This document shows, in pieces, positions 1 through 10,172 of a DNA stretch of 30,068 nucleotides (its first letter is position 1; the number at the start of each line of letters is the position of its first letter). A model generated the notes under the pieces. It made no database searches, had not been told where the DNA came from, and saw nothing but the letters and a program-made list of their open reading frames with translations. This stretch comes from Hyphomicrobiaceae bacterium (lineage in GTDB: Bacteria > Pseudomonadota > Alphaproteobacteria > Rhizobiales > Hyphomicrobiaceae): positions 1 through 30,068 of the forward strand of contig JBKEAX010000194.1 in assembly GCA_047972825.1 (NCBI GenBank). Reading direction: 5' to 3'. Both the position numbers and the translations under genes were made by a program.

Positions 1-32
1 TGCTCGTCGGAAAACCAAAACAGATCAGACAT
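1..32 (-). CDS. IS5-family transposase, N-terminal fragment (continues beyond position 1)
   Basis: Reverse complement of 32..1 reads ATG TCT GAT CTG TTT TGG TTT TCC GAC GAG CA = MSDLFWFSDE(Q/H), resembling the MSDLFWL(S/T)DxQ start of alphaproteobacterial IS5 transposases. GGAGG RBS at 44-40. Too short for the ORF track. Confidence 0.72.
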   Translation of the reverse strand, partial: MSDLFWFSDE

Positions 33-118
33 ATCCGTGCCTCCTCGCTGAGATACGAAGGAATCACGGATTAACTGATTTGGGAATCCTGCCGGGACAC
101 GTTAAAGGGTCCGGACCC
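1..118 (-). mobile_element. Left end of an IS5-family (IS427-group-like) insertion sequence, truncated by the window edge
   Basis: Transposase-like start at 32 on the minus strand. Terminus read inward on the minus strand is (TA)GGGTCCGGACCCTTTAAC (120->101), resembling the GGTCnGGACyCwTTrA ends of this group. Flanking TA at 119-120. Two GANTC sites (61-65, 84-88). Confidence 0.72.
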
Positions 119-209
119 TAAGCCAATGATTTTGCTCGTGGCCTTCATGTTGCGCCAAAATTGTATGCGGTTGCGGCTATGTTTCAATTTTGGCGCGACA
201 GGCCACTAG
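118..209. repeat. Right half (spacer + hairpin B) of a two-hairpin MITE-like repeat
   Basis: 92 bp with 4 mismatches to 5302-5393. Internal inverted repeat GTGGCC..GCGCCAAAATTG / CAATTTTGGCGC..GGCCAC ending in CTAG. Confidence 0.9.
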
Positions 210-223
210 GGCCCGGACCCTAA
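207..223. repeat. Solo IS-end-like palindrome, copy 1
   Basis: TA-GGGCCCGGACCC-TAA; 11/12 match to GGGTCCGGACCC at 107-118; shares the terminal TAG of the MITE. Confidence 0.75.
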
Positions 224-244
224 CGGCTTGCAGCTTGAGATTTT

Positions 245-862
245 TTAAACCAGAAGTGTTTCGAAGACGACTTCCGTAAATTGCTTCAATGGTGCGCTGC
301 TCTTTTCTGCACGCATTCGCAGGAGTGCGCCCTCCCAGCTGTTGAGAACAAACTGTGCGAGCAACAATGCAGGCTGGGGATTGCGGATAGCGCCTGTAGC
401 CTGTGCTTCGGCGATGCAACTCTCAATCAGTCTGCTCCATGTTCCGAAGTGAGCAGCTAGCCGGTCGCGGATCGCGCCGCTTTGGTCGGCGACTTCGAGA
501 CTCATGTTTCCAAGAAGGCAACCCCGCGTGTAATTGTCCTTCGCGAAGCCCCGAATACGCTTATCGAAGTAGCCCCGCAACCTTTTGAGCGGCGGAACCT
601 TCTCATTTTCCAGAAGTGCGCGGAGACCATCCAGGCCGGTGTCAAAATAGAAATCCACCACGGCACGGCCGAAATCTTCCTTGCTGTCGAAGTAGTTGTA
701 GAAGGAGCCTTTGGGCACCTTGGCCGCATCGACAATTTCCTTCACCCCGGTCGCCGAGTAACCCTGCTCGTGGAGCAAATGCACTCCAACGCTCAGCAAG
801 TCAATCCGTGTTTTCTGGTTGGGTTTTGGCCCACGCCGTTTTGGCGCCACGTGCGTTTTCAT
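245..862 (-). CDS. TetR/AcrR family transcriptional regulator (NemR/AcuR-like)
   Basis: N-terminal HTH GYSATGVKEIVDAAKVPKGSFYNYFDSKEDF; C-terminal RGCLLGNMSLE and NSWEGALLR typical of NemR/AcuR-like TetRs. Confidence 0.92.
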   Translation of the reverse strand: MKTHVAPKRRGPKPNQKTRIDLLSVGVHLLHEQGYSATGVKEIVDAAKVPKGSFYNYFDSKEDFGRAVVDFYFDTGLDGLRALLENEKVPPLKRLRGYFDKRIRGFAKDNYTRGCLLGNMSLEVADQSGAIRDRLAAHFGTWSRLIESCIAEAQATGAIRNPQPALLLAQFVLNSWEGALLRMRAEKSSAPLKQFTEVVFETLLV

Positions 863-880
863 GGCTATTCATTTCGAATA

Positions 881-896
881 ATATGACCGGTCATAT
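881..896. promoter_or_regulatory. TetR operator 1 (perfect palindrome ATATGACCGGTCATAT)
   Basis: 16-bp perfect palindrome immediately downstream of the predicted tetR -10; second copy at 1041-1056. Confidence 0.85.
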
Positions 897-925
897 ATGA
901 TATTATCGAATGCCTGCTTTGTCAA
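897..925 (-). promoter_or_regulatory. Sigma70-type promoter of tetR
   Basis: Minus strand TTGACA (925-920), 17-nt spacer, TATCAT (902-897). Confidence 0.75.
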
Positions 926-1028
926 CTGTGATCGTCTTTCCTTTATCGGCACTGTCGCCCTTTACCTGTGCTGATCATACCCCAATTCCAATCCAACACA
1001 GGGAAATCAGGGCAGGGGATACTGGCTC

Positions 1029-1057
1029 TTGACTAAATAAATATGACCGGTCATCTT
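1029..1057 (+). promoter_or_regulatory. Hydrolase promoter overlapped by TetR operator 2
   Basis: TTGACT (1029-1034), 17-nt spacer, CATCTT (1052-1057). Operator ATATGACCGGTCATCT (1041-1056, 15/16 match) covers the spacer and -10. Confidence 0.72.
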
Positions 1058-1090
1058 ATATTTATAGTAAGTTCAGCAGATGGCGGGAAC

Positions 1091-1107
1091 TGGGGTCTGG
1101 ACCTTAA
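1091..1107. repeat. Solo IS-end-like palindrome, copy 2 (degenerate)
   Basis: TG-GGGTCTGGACCT-TAA; 10/12 match to GGGTCCGGACCC; lies in the hydrolase leader. Confidence 0.55.
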
Positions 1108-1157
1108 GCGAAGGGTTGCTCTGGCCGTCATAGTTCAATTCAAGCAGGAGAAAGACG

Positions 1158-2087
1158 ATGCAAATTCTTAAATCACCCAGGGGCCGGGCCCTAAGCCTGG
1201 GGCTAGCCATGGCGTTGGGCGCGATAACAACGGTCGAAGCACAGCCCGCGGCAACCAAGAAATTCCCTGCCGCTCTTGAAAAGACACACATTGACGGACT
1301 GTCGATCCGCTATGCCCGGGCGCCACGAAAGGGCGCCCCCAGCATCGTTCTCCTCAGCCCGTGGCCCGAGAGCATTTTTGCTTTCATACCCATATGGGCT
1401 CAACTCACGGAGCGATACGATGTCTTGGCTTTGGATCTGCCTGGTTTCGGGGCGTCAGAGGGGCGACCAGAGGTTATAGCCCCGGAGGCGATGGGAAATT
1501 TCATCGTAAAAGCGATACGTCATTTCGGTTTGGAAAAGCCGCATGCCGTTGGACCTGATGTCGGCACTTCATCGCTACTGTTTGCTGCGGCTAACCATCC
1601 GGATGCGTTCGGGTCCATTAGCGTCGGCAGTGGAGCGGTCGCATATCCGTTGGAGGTTGAAAGCTCATTAAAAACGCTGATTGAACTTCCTTCGCTTGCG
1701 CCCCTGCAGAACATCGACATTGCCAAAAGAATAGATGGCGTTCTTGCTACACAGCGCAATCGGGTCCGTGATTTTGTGCGCGCCGATTACATCACATCCT
1801 ACAGCGGTGCAGGCCGTTACGCGGAGTCGGCGCGTCTGGTCCGCCGTTATCCGCATGAACTGCCGATACTGAAGACGCGACTGGGCAAGATCCAAACCCC
1901 TGTATTGATGATTGCGGGACGTCACGATCCGTACGTGCCGGTGTCCAATGGACACTATCTGGTAGAACACATGCCGAGCGCGCGTCTTGAAATCCTGGAT
2001 GCCGGTCATTTCGTCTGGGAAGACGCCTCGGATAGCTATGGCCGGTTGATCTCCGAGTGGGTGGATCAGCATGAGCCTCGGCGGTAG
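1158..2087 (+). CDS. Alpha/beta fold hydrolase, Asp-nucleophile type, with signal-peptide-like N-terminus
   Basis: AGGAG RBS; LDLPGFGAS motif; nucleophile elbow GPDVG; GRHDPYV acid region; AGHF catalytic His; N-terminus with basic residues, hydrophobic stretch and VEA-QPAA. Confidence 0.9.
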   Translation: MQILKSPRGRALSLGLAMALGAITTVEAQPAATKKFPAALEKTHIDGLSIRYARAPRKGAPSIVLLSPWPESIFAFIPIWAQLTERYDVLALDLPGFGASEGRPEVIAPEAMGNFIVKAIRHFGLEKPHAVGPDVGTSSLLFAAANHPDAFGSISVGSGAVAYPLEVESSLKTLIELPSLAPLQNIDIAKRIDGVLATQRNRVRDFVRADYITSYSGAGRYAESARLVRRYPHELPILKTRLGKIQTPVLMIAGRHDPYVPVSNGHYLVEHMPSARLEILDAGHFVWEDASDSYGRLISEWVDQHEPRR

Positions 2088-2181
2088 CTGTAGCATGTCG
2101 CGCAAAGCCACCTCTCCGCGACATGCATTAAGTTCCAGGCCTCAGCTAGAGGCGACGAAATTGGGCGTGTTGTTTCAGGTC

Positions 2182-4579
<2,398 letters not shown>

Positions 4580-4583
<4 letters not shown>

Positions 4584-4984
4584 GCGGGGCTCGTTCCAAT
4601 GAAGCCATATGCGGCGAAAGTGAAAAATGAGCCGATTGCAAGGATGAGGAGTGCAGTTGCTGTGAATGCTGAATGATGGGCTGCGAATTGATCGCGGATG
4701 TTGCGTGCCGAATCTGCGAATGCCATGCGGAAAATGCCGCCGAAGATGGCCAGCCAGCCGAAGATGGTGACGCTGATACGCCAGTCGGCTACCCAAAGGT
4801 TATGTACGCGCAAGATTGCGAGCCCGGCAACGAAGGCCAGAAGGCCAGCCAGGAAAATCGTCGCGCGGTCCTCGGACATCCGGGCGGTCAGGTCAATGAA
4901 GTAGGCGCGTCGAAGCAGCATCACCGAGGCGATGACAATGAACGATGGTCCGATCAGACTGGCAATAAACTGGGCGTTGCCCAT
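4580..4984 (-). CDS. Hypothetical integral membrane protein (about 4 TM helices)
   Basis: Four hydrophobic segments; HNLW..DWR loop; GAGGAG RBS at 5000-4995; stop overlaps the next start. Confidence 0.8.
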
Positions 4985-5066
4985 GGCGCGTCTACTCCTC
5001 GGGGGCAGGAATGCAACGAGGGGTGCAACTGGGCTTGGAACGGACTGGAGATGAGTTTGTTGGCGT

Positions 5067-5177
5067 CCGTCCCTTCGCCGGCATGACCCGGATCAGGTTC
5101 TAAGGGTGCTCCGCCCGCGGTGGCCTTATAGGCCGGGGTCAGACGGATCTCAGCTGCGTGCGCGCAGCGCCCCTCGG
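5067..5177 (-). promoter_or_regulatory. TPP riboswitch (THI element)
   Basis: Minus strand CCGAGGGGCGC..GCTGAGAT..CCCTTAGAACCTGATCCGGGTCATGCCGGCGAAGGGACGG contains the conserved CUGAGA, GAACCUGAU and GCGnAGGGA motifs; upstream of the thiC operon. Confidence 0.96.
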
Positions 5178-5186
5178 TTTGCGTTC

Positions 5187-5215
5187 AGTGTGGCCCGCGC
5201 AATCGCAGATTGCAA
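5187..5215 (-). promoter_or_regulatory. Putative promoter of the riboswitch-thiC operon
   Basis: TTGCAA (5215-5210), 17-nt spacer, CACACT (5192-5187), ending 10 nt before the aptamer. Confidence 0.5.
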
Positions 5216-5226
5216 GGCCCGATGGC

Positions 5227-5393
5227 CTAGTGTGGCGTCGCGCCTTAGTTGATCGATGTTGCGGCACGCTGGGTATCAACTAAGGCGCGATAAACGCCAC
5301 ACTAAGCCAATGACTTTGCTAGTGGCCTTCATGCCGCGCCAAAATTGTATGCGGTTGCGGCTATGTTTCAATTTTGGCGCGACAGGCCACTAG
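5227..5393. repeat. Complete two-hairpin MITE-like palindromic repeat (167 bp, CTAG ends)
   Basis: Hairpin A: TAGTGTGGCG TCGCGCCTTAGTTGAT..ATCAACTAAGGCGCGA TAAA CGCCACACTA (5228-5304). Spacer AGCCAATGACTTTG. Hairpin B: CTAGTGGCC..GGCCACTAG (5319-5393). Right half duplicated at 118-209. Confidence 0.88.
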
Positions 5394-5511
5394 ATGCTCC
5401 TGCCAGGCAAATAATTCTGGTTTGTCCTGTGACTATTGCGATTGAGGCCGGACATTTGGCGATAGCCTAAACGATGCGTGTGTCTGGTGCCTTGCTGGAG
5501 CAAACGCCTGC

Positions 5512-5901
5512 TCAAGACATCTGGGCGAGTACTTTTTCCAGGCGTTGACGGACGTCATTGGCGATCACGTCCAGTTCTCGGTTGCCGATCGCTTGCATGG
5601 CTGCTGCCGGGTCCATGGCAGACACTTCAACGCGTCCGTCCGGATGCTCCTGGACCACGACGTTGCAGGGCAACAAAACGCCGATCTGATTTTCAGCATT
5701 AAGGGCTTTGTGGGCGAGCCCGGGGTTGCACGCACCCAGGATCTTGTATTTCGGGAAATCGATGTCGAGTTTCTTTTTGAGGGTCGCTTTGACGTCAATT
5801 TCTGTCAGCACACCGAAGCCTTCGCCTTTCAAGGCTTCGGTGACGGCGGCGATGGCGTCGTCGTAGGATTGGGAAACGGTCTTGGCGAGAAAGTACTTCA
5901 T
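5512..5901 (-). CDS. DUF302 domain-containing protein
   Basis: GFGVLTEIDVKATLKKKL..YKILGACNP..IGVLLPCNVVV signature; GAGG RBS. Confidence 0.92.
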   Translation of the reverse strand: MKYFLAKTVSQSYDDAIAAVTEALKGEGFGVLTEIDVKATLKKKLDIDFPKYKILGACNPGLAHKALNAENQIGVLLPCNVVVQEHPDGRVEVSAMDPAAAMQAIGNRELDVIANDVRQRLEKVLAQMS

Positions 5902-6026
5902 CGGGCAATCCCTCTGGTGGGTCGTTACAACTTATACAAATCGAGCCCGCCAGAGGTGGTATCTTATTGCCCCGGCGTCAAGGCAATTGCCGGGGAAATG
6001 CAGTTGATGGCACGAGGTGCAGACGG

Positions 6027-6623
6027 TCAACGGCTGGCCGCAAGAAGCCGGTCGAAAGCCTTGATCGTGCGAGCTTCAGCGGCCTTATCCTTCATGTTCC
6101 AATGGAAAAAATGGTGGCTCAGATAAAGGCCGTAGAGTTCAAAAACAAACTGGTCGCTGTCCAGGCCCGACCGGAATTGGCCGGCCGTAGTGGCTTCGCC
6201 AATGGCAGCGCTGAGCAGATCCGACCAGCCATCAAGAACTTCTTTCAAACGAACGCGCACCGGTTCTGCCAGATCGTCTGACTGCCGGCTTGCGTGCATG
6301 AACGGACAGCCGCCCTTGAGCATTGGCGAGCGGGACCATGCGATCCAGCGACCAAACATGGCCTTTAAATGCGGTTCGCCGGGGAGAGCGTTCACCGATG
6401 CGTTCACGACATCGCGCTGGAACAGTGCAATGGCCTGTTCAAGAACCCCAAGCTGCAGGCTCTCCCGGTTGGCAAAGTGATTTGTAACGCCGCTCCTGGG
6501 CATATCCAACTCACGCGCCAGTGTGCCCATCGTCAAAGCATTGAGGCCCTGCTGGCTTGCGATGCCCAGGCCGTGAGACAGAATACGCTCACGCATTGCA
6601 CTCGCTGTACTCATTGCGACCAT
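6027..6623 (-). CDS. TetR/AcrR family transcriptional regulator
   Basis: HTH GLNALTMGTLARELDMPRSGVTNHFANRESLQL; GGCPF motif; GGAGGA RBS upstream of 6623. Confidence 0.9.
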   Translation of the reverse strand: MVAMSTASAMRERILSHGLGIASQQGLNALTMGTLARELDMPRSGVTNHFANRESLQLGVLEQAIALFQRDVVNASVNALPGEPHLKAMFGRWIAWSRSPMLKGGCPFMHASRQSDDLAEPVRVRLKEVLDGWSDLLSAAIGEATTAGQFRSGLDSDQFVFELYGLYLSHHFFHWNMKDKAAEARTIKAFDRLLAASR

Positions 6624-6774
6624 GCTCTAAATCCTCCGTACCGCATTGCTGGCGAATGCTGCGGGCAAGACGCCATGGCGGACAAATGAAACCCGGAGTT
6701 GGGAGATTGTGGGGCGTGGCAGTGGCGGTGACGTGGTCGTGATCGCGGATCTGGCTGCATGTGGCAGAAGCGCG

Positions 6775-7008
6775 TCAGTTGTCCTCGTCTGCGGCTATTG
6801 CTGAATATTTCTGTTCAGCAAGTTGGGCATCGCATTCCGGGCAATTCAGTGTTGCGCCGATCCGGGAGTCTCGGCCTTCCTGGGTCAAAACCCACGGGCG
6901 TTCCACAAGTGGAGGCTTATGGCGCACGTGCTGTTCGTGCCCGCACTCAAGCATGGCAACGAAGTGCCCTTCGATATCCTCATAAAATCCGGTGATCTGT
7001 CGTTTCAT
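6775..7008 (-). CDS. DUF3565 domain-containing protein (probable metal binding)
   Basis: ITGFYED.EGHFVA.LECGHEQHVRHKPP..ERPWV..EGR..IG..LNCPECD pattern. Confidence 0.85.
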   Translation of the reverse strand: MKRQITGFYEDIEGHFVAMLECGHEQHVRHKPPLVERPWVLTQEGRDSRIGATLNCPECDAQLAEQKYSAIAADEDN

Positions 7009-7097
7009 GATCGATGGCTCTGGCGTGTCAGGGATTTTCGGCGTTCCCTGCCACGCTTTTGGAGCCGGTCTGGCTCAGATTGAATCCATTCTGTTTC

Positions 7098-8684
7098 TCA
7101 AGCTGCGCGCACGTTTGCGGCGTTGTCGATCCAGGACTTGATTTTTTCGATATCTGGCGGCTCGCCGTCACGCAACACGCGTTGGCCCTCGGCGGTGGTT
7201 ACAAACTTCAGGATGTCTGCGGAGAGCTTTGCGGGTTCTGCTTCGGCAATTGATGCAACAGAGAAGTAACCGGCGCCCACCAGCAGCTGTGCGTGTCCGC
7301 CTCTCAAGCCAGGCACGGACATGACCAGATGGGCCTGATCCTGCCAGTCAGTGAGGGATTCAGGCGTTATGTATCGGACGTCGAGTTGTTCAGCCATCTC
7401 GAAGGCGTCTGCCTCCAGGAATTGAGCAACTGTCTTGATGCCGATGGCGTAAAACCGTGCCGCCGTTTTCGGTCCGATGGATGGCGCTGCTTCGATGTCG
7501 TCTTCAAGAGAGAGGTAGATTTTGGGACCTGATGAAGATCGCTGGGAGGCGGCGACAACAAGTTTTGAGCGTTGTTGCGTGCGATCCGCGGTCGAACCGG
7601 CTGGGCCCTGTGCGTTGGCATTCAGCGCGGGATGCAGGTGGATTGTGGCGGTTTGGTCTGGCGTGCCTGCAGCAACTGCTGGGGGAAGCACCGCCGTTGC
7701 AACGCGGCGAATGTTCTGCGGTTTTGGCTGTTGAGCCGGGCGTCTTGCGCGCGCCTGTGCAAGTTCATCGGCCCGTTGCAAGACAACCTCTTGGTGGTAG
7801 ATGTCACGCACCTGCCGGTCATCCTCGGGCAGGTTACGTTCAACGCCACCTGTTGCCATCAATTCATCATACATGGCTTGAACCACGTGCTGATCTTCCG
7901 TGTCGGTTAGTTTTTTCTGCACCCACTTCAAAGGTATATTGAGTGTTGCAAGAACCGTATCAAGGCTGAGGCTGACGTTTGGCGGGGGGACATCTGCTTC
8001 TGCAATGGCGCGTTCCAGAACGCGGGCAAAACCGTCAGATGCATAAAGAATGAGAGACCCAACCAACTCGCGTGCGATAGGGTCAAGTCCTTCGGCCGGG
8101 TCCACGACCCCGACGTTGATATCGTAGTGGGCTATGAGTTTTTCGTATTCGGCATTTGCCTTTTCGGCACCCGCGCAGACGAATGACTTGAGCCAGTCGC
8201 TGCCATCTGGCGCGACAACAAATTTGTCGGGATGGCTTGCCTGCGCCTCACGTTTCAAACCGTCATAGGCGCGAGAGATGCTCCATTCGACAGCGCGATG
8301 TATGTTGTTTTCGGCTTCGGACTGGGCGGTGTGGAATGGGTGGATTGGGTCGGTATAGTAATGGCTCAAGACGCCAGCACACCAGACGGCCTGCGGCCAG
8401 TTTTTGTCCTTTAGTTCATTGACCAGATGATTGTACCAGCTTTGCGCCTTTTCCGGTGCTCCGCCCCAGTAGTTGTCGCGGACATGCAGAACATGGTTGC
8501 GAAAGTCCTTGAATTCTTTGTCGGGGGCTTTGGAGCCATCCAGGTAAAGCTCGACGTTTTTCAGAAACAGGCGCTGCCATGCCTTTGCGTCGTGCCGTGT
8601 CAGGCGCTCCAAGGCGTCCAGCGCGAGCTTGTGATGCGTACCGTTGGCATGCGTCGCATAGATGACGCGGTAAAGAAGGCTCAT
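7098..8684 (-). CDS. DUF4332 domain protein with N-terminal zinc-dependent phospholipase C / S1-P1-like domain
   Basis: N-terminal HHKLA, GSKAPD, NHVLH, HYYTD.IHPFH and H..VE candidate ligands. C-terminal HhH-like repeats PSIGPKTAARF and VPGLRGGHAQLL. GGAG RBS. Confidence 0.8.
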   Translation of the reverse strand: MSLLYRVIYATHANGTHHKLALDALERLTRHDAKAWQRLFLKNVELYLDGSKAPDKEFKDFRNHVLHVRDNYWGGAPEKAQSWYNHLVNELKDKNWPQAVWCAGVLSHYYTDPIHPFHTAQSEAENNIHRAVEWSISRAYDGLKREAQASHPDKFVVAPDGSDWLKSFVCAGAEKANAEYEKLIAHYDINVGVVDPAEGLDPIARELVGSLILYASDGFARVLERAIAEADVPPPNVSLSLDTVLATLNIPLKWVQKKLTDTEDQHVVQAMYDELMATGGVERNLPEDDRQVRDIYHQEVVLQRADELAQARARRPAQQPKPQNIRRVATAVLPPAVAAGTPDQTATIHLHPALNANAQGPAGSTADRTQQRSKLVVAASQRSSSGPKIYLSLEDDIEAAPSIGPKTAARFYAIGIKTVAQFLEADAFEMAEQLDVRYITPESLTDWQDQAHLVMSVPGLRGGHAQLLVGAGYFSVASIAEAEPAKLSADILKFVTTAEGQRVLRDGEPPDIEKIKSWIDNAANVRAA

Positions 8685-8932
8685 GGCGGTCTCCGCTCTG
8701 GCGCATGTCTCCCAGACTGAGCCACATCTGGCGGTCGCTCAGCAGGCATGAAGTAATTCGTCGCTGCAACGAGGTGACTGGTCGCGCCCCGTGGTCAACG
8801 CCGGAGTTCATGGCAAACGGTTCCGCGAGTCGGGCGCTGGAGGCAAATGCCGCGCGCCACGAACCCACACTTTCAACAGGTTTTGCTCATTTTGCTGCTT
8901 ATGTGGAGTGATTCGCTGCGCCCTTGCCGAGT

Positions 8933-8950
8933 TTAGGGTCCGGATCCTAA
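8933..8950. repeat. Solo IS-end-like palindrome, copy 3
   Basis: TTA-GGGTCCGGATCC-TAA; 11/12 match; intergenic, 14 bp after a stop codon. Confidence 0.75.
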
Positions 8951-8964
8951 CGCCCTTGGCGCAC

Positions 8965-9921
8965 TCAGGCGTCGGCTGCGGCAATGGAGGCGAAATGGCG
9001 CAGCAGCGTGCTTTCATCACCGGAGGAAGCGTCTCCGAATGCATCCGACAGCATGTCGTGCACAAACGCAACGCATTCGCCAGAGACGCCTATGCGTTCG
9101 GAAAAGGAGACAGCATCGTTGAGAGCACGGCACGTGGTGGCCAAATCTTGATCGCGAATGGGATCTTCAACCATACCTATCAAGGTGCCGCAGGAGGGGC
9201 CTGCGGCTACAGGGCCGTCAAAGACACGCGTGAGCGTCTCGGTATCGATCCCGGCATGCCGGCCGATCAACATTGCTTCGCTCAAGGCAATAAGACGGGC
9301 GGCGCGAACGTAGCCGCGCAGAGCTGCAAGTCCTGTTGCTACTCCGGTGGAACCAACACGTTTCACCGTGCCCAAAAGCTCCAGCGTGGGTTGCGCGCGC
9401 TCAACCAGTTCGTCAAAGCCGCCGGCAAGCATTTCAAGCGGTTCGTCACTGTCGGTTGCGACATCTGCGCAGGTCAAAACATCAATGAGGCCGATGCCAG
9501 CAGCGCCCAGTTGCCCCGTGAAGCGGACAACATCCTTGAACGGTCCCCCGCCGAAATGAACGATCAGCGAACCTGGCTTGAGCGCCAGTGCAAACCCAGG
9601 CCGGTCTTCGTTGCCAATTGCAGCGCTTTGCAAGGCTGCCATATCGGGCACAGTTGAAATGACGAAGTCGCAGTCGCGCCCCAGGTCCGTCAGGCTTGGC
9701 GCCAGAACGGCGGCACCGGCCTCGCCTTGGAATTTACGGCGCCGATCGCTGCTCAAATCGTAGGCTTCAATCTGGCGGCCGGCGCGCATAAAGCGTGTGG
9801 CAATGGCAGTTCCCAGATTGTTGAGCCCGATTACTCCGATCGGCCTGTCGAGTTTCATAACCGGTTTCCGCGACTTGTTTTCTGTGGTTCCACTCGATTG
9901 AGCAGATGTGCTTTTCAACAC
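8965..9921 (-). CDS. NAD(P)-binding beta-hydroxyacid dehydrogenase family protein (divergent); start may be ATG 9858
   Basis: Rossmann start IGVIGLNNLG..IEAYD, CDFVISTVPD, MLAGG and C-terminal LSEAMLIGRHAGID bundle; catalytic motifs are degenerate. Confidence 0.75.
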   Translation of the reverse strand: MLKSTSAQSSGTTENKSRKPVMKLDRPIGVIGLNNLGTAIATRFMRAGRQIEAYDLSSDRRRKFQGEAGAAVLAPSLTDLGRDCDFVISTVPDMAALQSAAIGNEDRPGFALALKPGSLIVHFGGGPFKDVVRFTGQLGAAGIGLIDVLTCADVATDSDEPLEMLAGGFDELVERAQPTLELLGTVKRVGSTGVATGLAALRGYVRAARLIALSEAMLIGRHAGIDTETLTRVFDGPVAAGPSCGTLIGMVEDPIRDQDLATTCRALNDAVSFSERIGVSGECVAFVHDMLSDAFGDASSGDESTLLRHFASIAAADA

Positions 9922-10099
9922 GGCGATTGCGCGGTTACTTTCTATCGTGTGAGCGTGATGGGCAAGTGCGTTTGTTGACTGGGCGGATGGGGATCAAATA
10001 CGCAGACCCGTTTGGGTGAATGCGGGGCCAACAGATCTAAATATCAAAAGGCAATCTTGTTGCGTTGCAATGCGGCGATGCCAAACATTGTCGCTTGTC

Positions 10100-10172
10100 A
10101 TGTTTTAAGTCTTTGATTTTAAGTATGACGGTCTCGCGGAGCTGCTGCGCACTTTAGCAAAACATGCTTTAG
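10100..10172. repeat. Degenerate RIME-like intergenic repeat (right part)
   Basis: TTAAGTCTTTGATTTTAAG spacer, then ..GCGCACTTTAGCAAAACATGCTTTAG, similar to the end of the 25274-25379 element; overlaps the TAA stop at 10169-10171. Confidence 0.55.

Noticed and set aside
177..419. 80-aa ORF running into the MITE
   Set aside because: Alternative frame of tetR plus repeat sequence; no coding evidence.
4584..4796. N-terminal extension of the 242-aa ORF 4068..4796
   Set aside because: It overlaps the membrane-protein gene in another frame; the YjbR-like domain starts at ATG 4583 with an ATGA overlap.
6621..6630. CATGCTCTAA matching the RIME-like terminus at the TetR start
   Set aside because: Only 10 bp with no accompanying hairpin or spacer; likely chance.
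8791..9657. 288-aa plus-strand ORF and other long antisense ORFs (e.g. 3466..4089, 11825..12550, 24139..24897)
   Set aside because: Shadow frames of well-supported genes in GC-rich DNA, with no recognisable motifs.
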